DNA from: an uncultured Chloroflexia bacterium
GTDB lineage: Bacteria; Chloroflexota; Limnocylindria; Limnocylindrales; CSP1-4
Direction: 5' to 3'
NCBI GenBank assembly: GCA_963720495.1
Contig: CAVRFU010000013.1
Location: 32,273 to 96,272, forward strand
DNA length: 64,000 nt
In this document: piece after piece, positions 58,517-64,000 of the stretch
Position numbering within the stretch: position 1 is the stretch's first letter
How the letters are laid out: every line of letters starts with the position of its first letter
Made by a program: the position numbers and the translations under genes
Notes under the pieces: generated by a model
What the model was told of the DNA's origin: nothing
What the model saw: only the letters and a program-made list of their open reading frames with translations
Database searches by the model: none

Positions 58517-61500
58517 GGGACGGGGCTGGCGGACGGACCCACGCTCGGCAGCGTGAGACCCGGGGCGAGGACCTGGAGCTGCTGGATGCGCGGCACCGAC
58601 GAGGGCGATCTCCTCGCCGTAGCGAGCGAGGTCACCGTCGCGGAGCGCCTGCTGGGCCAGCTCGTAGTGCGTGTTGGCGTAGTCGATGAGGCCCGGCACG
58701 TCGGTCGGCAGGCCGGCCACCGGCGTCGGCGACGGAGTCCCGACCGGACCGGCCGTCGGCGTGGCGCCCGGGCCCGGACTGGCGGACGGTCCCGGTGATG
58801 GCGGCGGCGTGGGTTGGGGCGGGGCCCCTGCCTCGGCCGCCAGCAGGAGCCGGAGGGCATCGCCCAGCGTCGCGCTCCAGACGACCTGGCGCGGCGACGC
58901 CACGACGATCCGGGTGAATGCCGGGAACGCCGATCCGGTCGACTGGAGATAGATCGGCTGGAGATAGATGAGGGCGTCGTCGAGCGGCAGCACGATCAGG
59001 TTGCCCCGGATGACCTGGCTGCCCGACTGGTTCCACAGGGATATCTGGGCGCTGATGACCGGGTCCTGGTCGATCCGCGCCTCGATCTGGGCGGGCCCGA
59101 AGATCGTCGTGTCGGCCGGGAACCGGTAGACGAGCGTGGAGCCATAGTTCGCACCGTCGTTCCTGGCCGCGACCCACGCGATCATGTTCGGGCGGCTGGT
59201 CGGCACCATCGGCTGGAGGAGCAGGAACTCGACCCCCTTCTCGCCGGGCAGGTGCATCTCGACGTAGTACGCCTCGGACGGCAGTGTCTGCTCGCTCGAG
59301 GTGCCGGTCGGCACGGTCCACAGGTCGTCCTTGCGGAAGAACTGGAGCGGGTCGGTCACGTGATAGCGACCGAAGGTCCGGGTCTGGACGTTGAACAGCT
59401 CCTCGGGGACCCGCAGGTGGGCGCGGAGGTCGGACGGCATCGCCGTGAGCGGCTCGAACATCGTCGGGAAGATGCCTTCGTACGCGCGGATGATCGGGTC
59501 GTCCGGGTCCGCGACGTAGAAGTGCATCGTGCCGTCGTAGGCGTTCATCGTGATCTTGACGCTGTTGCGGATGTAGTTGAAGGCGTCGCCGCCCAGGCCC
59601 GTGCCGGACAGAGCGGTCGGATCGAACGCCTGGGCGTCCGGGAACCGGTCGGAGGTCGTGTAGGCGTCCTGGATGTAGACCAGCTGGCCGCTGTCGTCGA
59701 TGACCAGGTAGGGATCCTTGTCGAAGCGCAGGAACGGGGCGACCAGCTGCCAGCCGGTCGGCCAGGCTGCGATGGAACAGCAGCTGGCTGTCGCTCGTGA
59801 CCTGGTCGCTGATGAGCAGGTCGAGGTCCTTGAACCTGGCCGCGAACAGCAGGCGCATGAGCGTCGTATCGAGGTCGATCCCCGTGGTCCCCGTCCAGCG
59901 GTATTGCGCACCGACCGAGCCGCCCGAGTCGGTGTCGCCGGTCGGGTAGTCGAACTCGTCCTCCTGGGCGCCGGTGACGACGTACGAGGACGGCCGCTCG
60001 CCGAAGTAGATCCGCGGCTGGGAGATCGTCGGGGCGCCCGACACCGAGACCGGCGGCAGGTTGCCGATCAGCAGGTTCGGCTGACCCTGGCTGCCCGCCT
60101 CGTTCACCGGCACCATGGCGACGCCGATGCCGTGGGTGTAGATGATCCGCTGGTTCACCCAGCCGGTGGCGCTCGGGTTCTGCTCGAGGGCAAGCTCGCG
60201 GCCGGAGAGCATGACCTGGCGCTGGGCGTCGTCGATCGAGTAGCGGTCCGTGTCGACGCCGGGGAAGTCGTAGTACTTGCGCACGGTCTGGAGCTGGTCG
60301 AGGCTGACCTGCAGCGGGCGTGGATCCCACAGGCGGGCGCTGGCGAACGTCGGCGCCTCGGCGGCGACCTGCTCCGGCGTGAGGACCGCGGTCCCGTCGA
60401 AGGGCTGGTCGGTCCAGTCCCCGACGTCGAAGGCGAGCCGCGTCATCGATATGTTGTTGCCGATGTACGGCGACTCCTGCGCGTACTGGTTCGGAGCGAC
60501 CGAGAAGCGCTGGACGACCTCCGGGTACAGCCGCCCGATGACGAGCGACGCGACGAACCAGAGCGCGATGGTCAGCCCCAGGGGCCACAGCACCCGGGTG
60601 AACGCACCGCCGACGAGCAGCGCGGCCGCGATCCCGGACAGGATCGTCAGGATGTCGTAGGCCATGAACTGCGCGTTCTGGTCGGTGAAGCTCACGCCCG
60701 TCGCGACGCCCCGGTTGCTGTACGACAGGTCGAGCTTGTCGAGCTGGTAGCCGAACGCCACCGACAGCAGGAACAGGCCGGCCAGGACCGCGAGGTGGAC
60801 GCGCACCTGGGTCGAGAACACGAGGCCGCCGTGCGTCGCGCTGACGAGGTAGCGGGCGAGGGTCACCAGCAGCGCGCCGACGACCAGCGCGTTGAACAGG
60901 CCCTGGATGAGGCGCAGGAACGGCAGCTCGAAGAGGAAGAACCCGATGTCGCGGTTGAAGATCGGGTCGGTCACGCTGGCGACCGGCGAGTACGGGACCC
61001 GGTGGATCCACAGCAGCACGGTCTCCCAGGCACCCGACACGGCCCCGCCGATGAGCAGGGCGATGAACAGGGCGATCCCGCCGAGGACCCAGCCGGCGAG
61101 GGGCGTCAGGTCGGGCAGGTCGCCGCCCTCGAAGACCAGCGTCGGACCGGACGGGGTGGCGCCGTACCGGTCGCCGCCGCCGTACCGGTCGCCGCCGAAC
61201 GGCGAGCGGCCGCCGCGTCGCTGGTCCGCGGCCTGGGCGGCCTCGTTGATCCGGTCCACGAACGACCGGATGCTGCCGCCCGATCCACCGCTCGACGCGG
61301 GCGCGAGGCGTCCGGCCAGCCAGAGGTTGCCGAGCAGCACGATGGCCGCCACGAGGAACGCGCCGACGCCCAGGCCGACGGTCGCGGTCAGCCTCGTCCA
61401 GAAGACCGGATCGAACCCGACGCTCTTGAACCAGAGGGCGTCGGTCCACAGGTCGATCCCGACGCTGAACAGCAGGAAGATCGCGATGACGAGCGCGATC

Positions 61501-61838
61501 GCGATCCACAGGCCCATCCGCCGGCCGGCGCGGGCCAGCCGCCCGGAGCCACCGTCATCCGGCCCGCCCGGTCCGCGCCGCCGGGGCGGACCGCCGCGGC
61601 GACGCGCCTCATGGATCGGCTGCGGCCGGTCGGCGTCGTCCTCGTCGGTGGCGTCGTCCTCGTCGCGGCGCCGTCGCTCGTCCGTGGCGTCCGTGTCCGC
61701 GTCATCGTCCGTTTCGTCCGGCTCCGCGTCGTCGTCCGGAGCGTCGCGATCCGGCTTGCCGGGCGGGGGCGTTTCGCCGCGTGCGACGGCCTCGCGCTTG
61801 CGCAGCTCTTCCAGGAAGTCGTCGAACAGGTCGCGCAT
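58513..61838 (-). CDS. UPF0182 family membrane protein; apparent frameshifts near 59750 and 58590
   Basis: WTDALWFKSVG, DPIFNRDIGFFLFELP, YIGNNISMTR, RLWDP, YTHG, PRIYFGE, APFLRFDKDPY, YIRNSVK, GPAQIEARIDQD, RGNLIVLP, YLQPIY. Confidence 0.92.
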
Positions 61839-61867
61839 CGGGTGCGCAGTCTACCCGCCGGATCGGA

Positions 61868-62359
61868 TCATGGCCGGTGGAGCCCGCCGATGGCCCGCGC
61901 GAAGCCCGCCAGGACCGTCTCGGCGAGCTCGTTCGGGCCCATCGTGGCCGCCCGCGCGGGCTCGAACCGGAACGCGGCGCGGATGGCCAGGGGCGCCCGC
62001 CACGGCCGGCTCGGATCGTCGGGCTGGGCGATGAGGCCGAGCCGCATCTGGAGCCGCCCGGCATCCTCGAGGATGAGCCCGGACAGGGCGCCGCTGACGC
62101 CCGGTCCGAGGCGCGCCAGCGGCGGGTCGGGCGGCGGCCCCGCGGTCGGCGCCACGTCGCGGAAGCTCACGACGCCCTCGTCGTCGACGACCCACACGAC
62201 CGCCAGCCACCAGCCGTCGGGCGCCTCGGTCGGCCGGGCCATGCCGGCGCGCAGCGTGCGATCGCCGATGCGGATCGGCTGCTCGCGGAGGTAGGACGGA
62301 CCGGGCGGCGGCAGGCGATCGGGCACCGCCGCAGGATAGCGCCGCGTGGCCGTCGACAC
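61868..62359 (-). CDS. Hypothetical protein (start approximate)
   Basis: Protein-like frame GPSYLREQP...GWWLAVVWVVDDEGVVSF...RPWRAPLAIRAAF, co-oriented with neighbours. Confidence 0.65.
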   Translation of the reverse strand: MSTATRRYPAAVPDRLPPPGPSYLREQPIRIGDRTLRAGMARPTEAPDGWWLAVVWVVDDEGVVSFRDVAPTAGPPPDPPLARLGPGVSGALSGLILEDAGRLQMRLGLIAQPDDPSRPWRAPLAIRAAFRFEPARAATMGPNELAETVLAGFARAIGGLHRP

Positions 62360-62369
62360 GGCCACGGCG

Positions 62370-62903
62370 TCAGGCGGGCGGGGCGTCCTCGGCGGCGTCC
62401 TTGTCGGGCGCGGCGGCGGCGGCGCCTGCGGCGGCACCCGCGTGGAGGCCGGCCTCGGCCTCGGCGGCCGGGATCCCGGCCTCTTCCTCGGCGTCGGCGA
62501 TCTCCTCGGCGTCGGCGACCCGACCCTCGACGATGGCGTCGGCGCGCATCGCGTCCGCCTCGGCCTGGAGGTTGGCGACCTCGGCCTGGAGCTCGAGCAG
62601 GAGGATCTCGCGCTGGACCGCGGGGTCGGGCGGGGCCAGGGCCCCCGGGTCGACGGGGCCACCGCCCGTGTCCGGATAGTCGCCGCTGATCCACGACAGC
62701 AGCCGGCTCCGCTGCGGCGGCGGGCGCTCGCCTCGCGCGACCTTCGGATCGATCTCGGTGATGCCGGGCAGCTCGGACGCGTCCTCGGCGATCAGGATCG
62801 CGCCGCAGCTGGCGCAGGTGACGGCCCCGGCCTTGACGGCCGCCGAGCACCACGGGCAGATCTCGTCGGACGCGGCGGCGGGCGGAAGGGTCGCTTCATC
62901 CAT
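62370..62903 (-). CDS. Hypothetical Zn-ribbon protein with acidic coiled-coil tail
   Basis: CPWC..CASC, SRLLSWISG, EILLLELQAEVANLQAE; TAGGAT 7 nt before ATG. Confidence 0.7.
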   Translation of the reverse strand: MDEATLPPAAASDEICPWCSAAVKAGAVTCASCGAILIAEDASELPGITEIDPKVARGERPPPQRSRLLSWISGDYPDTGGGPVDPGALAPPDPAVQREILLLELQAEVANLQAEADAMRADAIVEGRVADAEEIADAEEEAGIPAAEAEAGLHAGAAAGAAAAAPDKDAAEDAPPA

Positions 62904-62969
62904 CGGCCGAATCCTACCCGGTCGCGCGACGCGTTCGATGGCCCATCCGTCATCTCCGGGGGAGGACCC

Positions 62970-64000
62970 TCATTCCCATTCGATCGTGGCCGGCGGCTTG
63001 GAGCTGATGTCGTAGACGACCCGGTTGACGCCCGGCGACCTCGTTGACGATGCGCGACGAGATCTTGCCCAGGACGTCGTACGGGAGCTTGGCCCAGTCG
63101 GCGGTCATCCCGTCCTCGCTGGTGACGGCCCGGATCGCGACGACGTTGGCGTAGGTCCGGCCGTCGCCCATCACGCCGACCGAGCGGACCGGGGTCAGGA
63201 TCGCGAACGACTGCCACAGGCTCCGATAGAGGCCGGCGCCCTTGATCTCGTCGATGACGATCCAGTCCGCCTCGCGCAGGGTGTCGAGCCGCTCCGCCGT
63301 GACCTCGCCGATGATCCGGATGGCGAGGCCCGGGCCCGGGAACGGCTGGCGCAGGACCATCGCCTCGGGCAGGCCGAGCTGGAGGCCGACCCGCCGGACC
63401 TCGTCCTTGAACAGGTAGCGCAGCGGCTCGATGAGCTTGAACCGGAGGTCTGCCGGCAGCCCGCCGACGTTGTGGTGGGTCTTGATCTTCTGGGCGGCCT
63501 TGGTCTCGGAGGTCGCCGACTCGATGACGTCCGGGTAGAGCGTGCCCTGGGTCAGGAAGTCGATCCGGCCGAGCTTCGTCGCCTCCTCCTCGAAGACGCG
63601 GATGAACTCGTCGCCGATGATCCGGCGCTTCTCCTCGGGGTCCTCGACGCCGGCCAGCCGGGCCAGGAAGCGCTCGCGCGCGTCGACCATGACGAGGTTC
63701 ATGCCGAGGTCGCGCTCGAAGGTGACCCGGAGCAGCTCCGATTCCTTCTTGCGCATCAGGCCGTGGTCGACGTAGATGCAGGTCAGCCGGTCGCCGACCG
63801 CGCGATGGACGAGCGCGGCGGCCACCGCGGAATCGACGCCGCCCGACAGCGCGCAGATGACCAGGCCGTCCGAGCCGGTCTCGCGCGCATGCGCGTCGAC
63901 CCGGTCGCGGATGCCGGTGACGGTCGTCTCGATGAAGTTGGCCGCCGTCCAGGTCGGCGAGACACCGGCGATGTCGACCACGAAGTTGCGCAGGATGTCC
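62970..64000 (-). CDS. guaA: GMP synthase (glutamine-hydrolysing), 3' part, truncated by window; apparent frameshift near 63040
   Basis: [63 protein letters not shown]; the conserved [19 protein letters not shown] lies in the adjacent frame. Confidence 0.96.

Noticed and set aside
57899-59911. Apparent fusion of the UPF0182 C-terminus to the next membrane protein
   Set aside because: Caused by a frameshift near 58590. UPF0182 ends at 58513 and the next gene starts at GTG 58516.

Overview
High-GC bacterial chromosome segment. The gene set and protein styles suggest Chloroflexota, probably Limnocylindria-like; this is an inference and an actinobacterial origin is not excluded. No rRNA, CRISPR array, integrase or transposase was seen. 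From left to right: two ECF sigma / membrane-anchored PD40 (TolB-like) cassettes, the second inside a 2.1 kb islet bounded by an 18-bp duplication of the tRNA-Pro(CGG) 3' end; an MtrAB-like two-component system with a GerMN lipoprotein; MFS, type III glutamine synthetase, ResB, a trans-sulfuration enzyme, GGDEF, Lrp and LLM genes; a LysE exporter behind what looks like an inverted-logic, Arg-codon leader-peptide attenuator; an accessory block ending at tRNA-Pro(TGG); LCP, mazG-rph-rdgB-LOG and a PPIase; a wall-teichoic-acid-like locus (three TagB/TagF-family polymerases, IspD-like + SDR for CDP-ribitol, TagGH-like ABC exporter); glycosyltransferases; two large secreted FlgD-Ig-repeat enzymes (GH18 and a clan-CD-peptidase-like domain); rfbABDC; radC-mreB-mreC; an uncharacterised Zn-ribbon/UPF0182/CPBP-protease cluster; and the 3' part of guaA. 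About 20 apparent single-base frameshifts, including one in guaA, point to read or assembly indel errors rather than real pseudogenes, and they create several artefactual fused ORFs in the supplied track. All calls come from manual motif recognition; no database searches were run.
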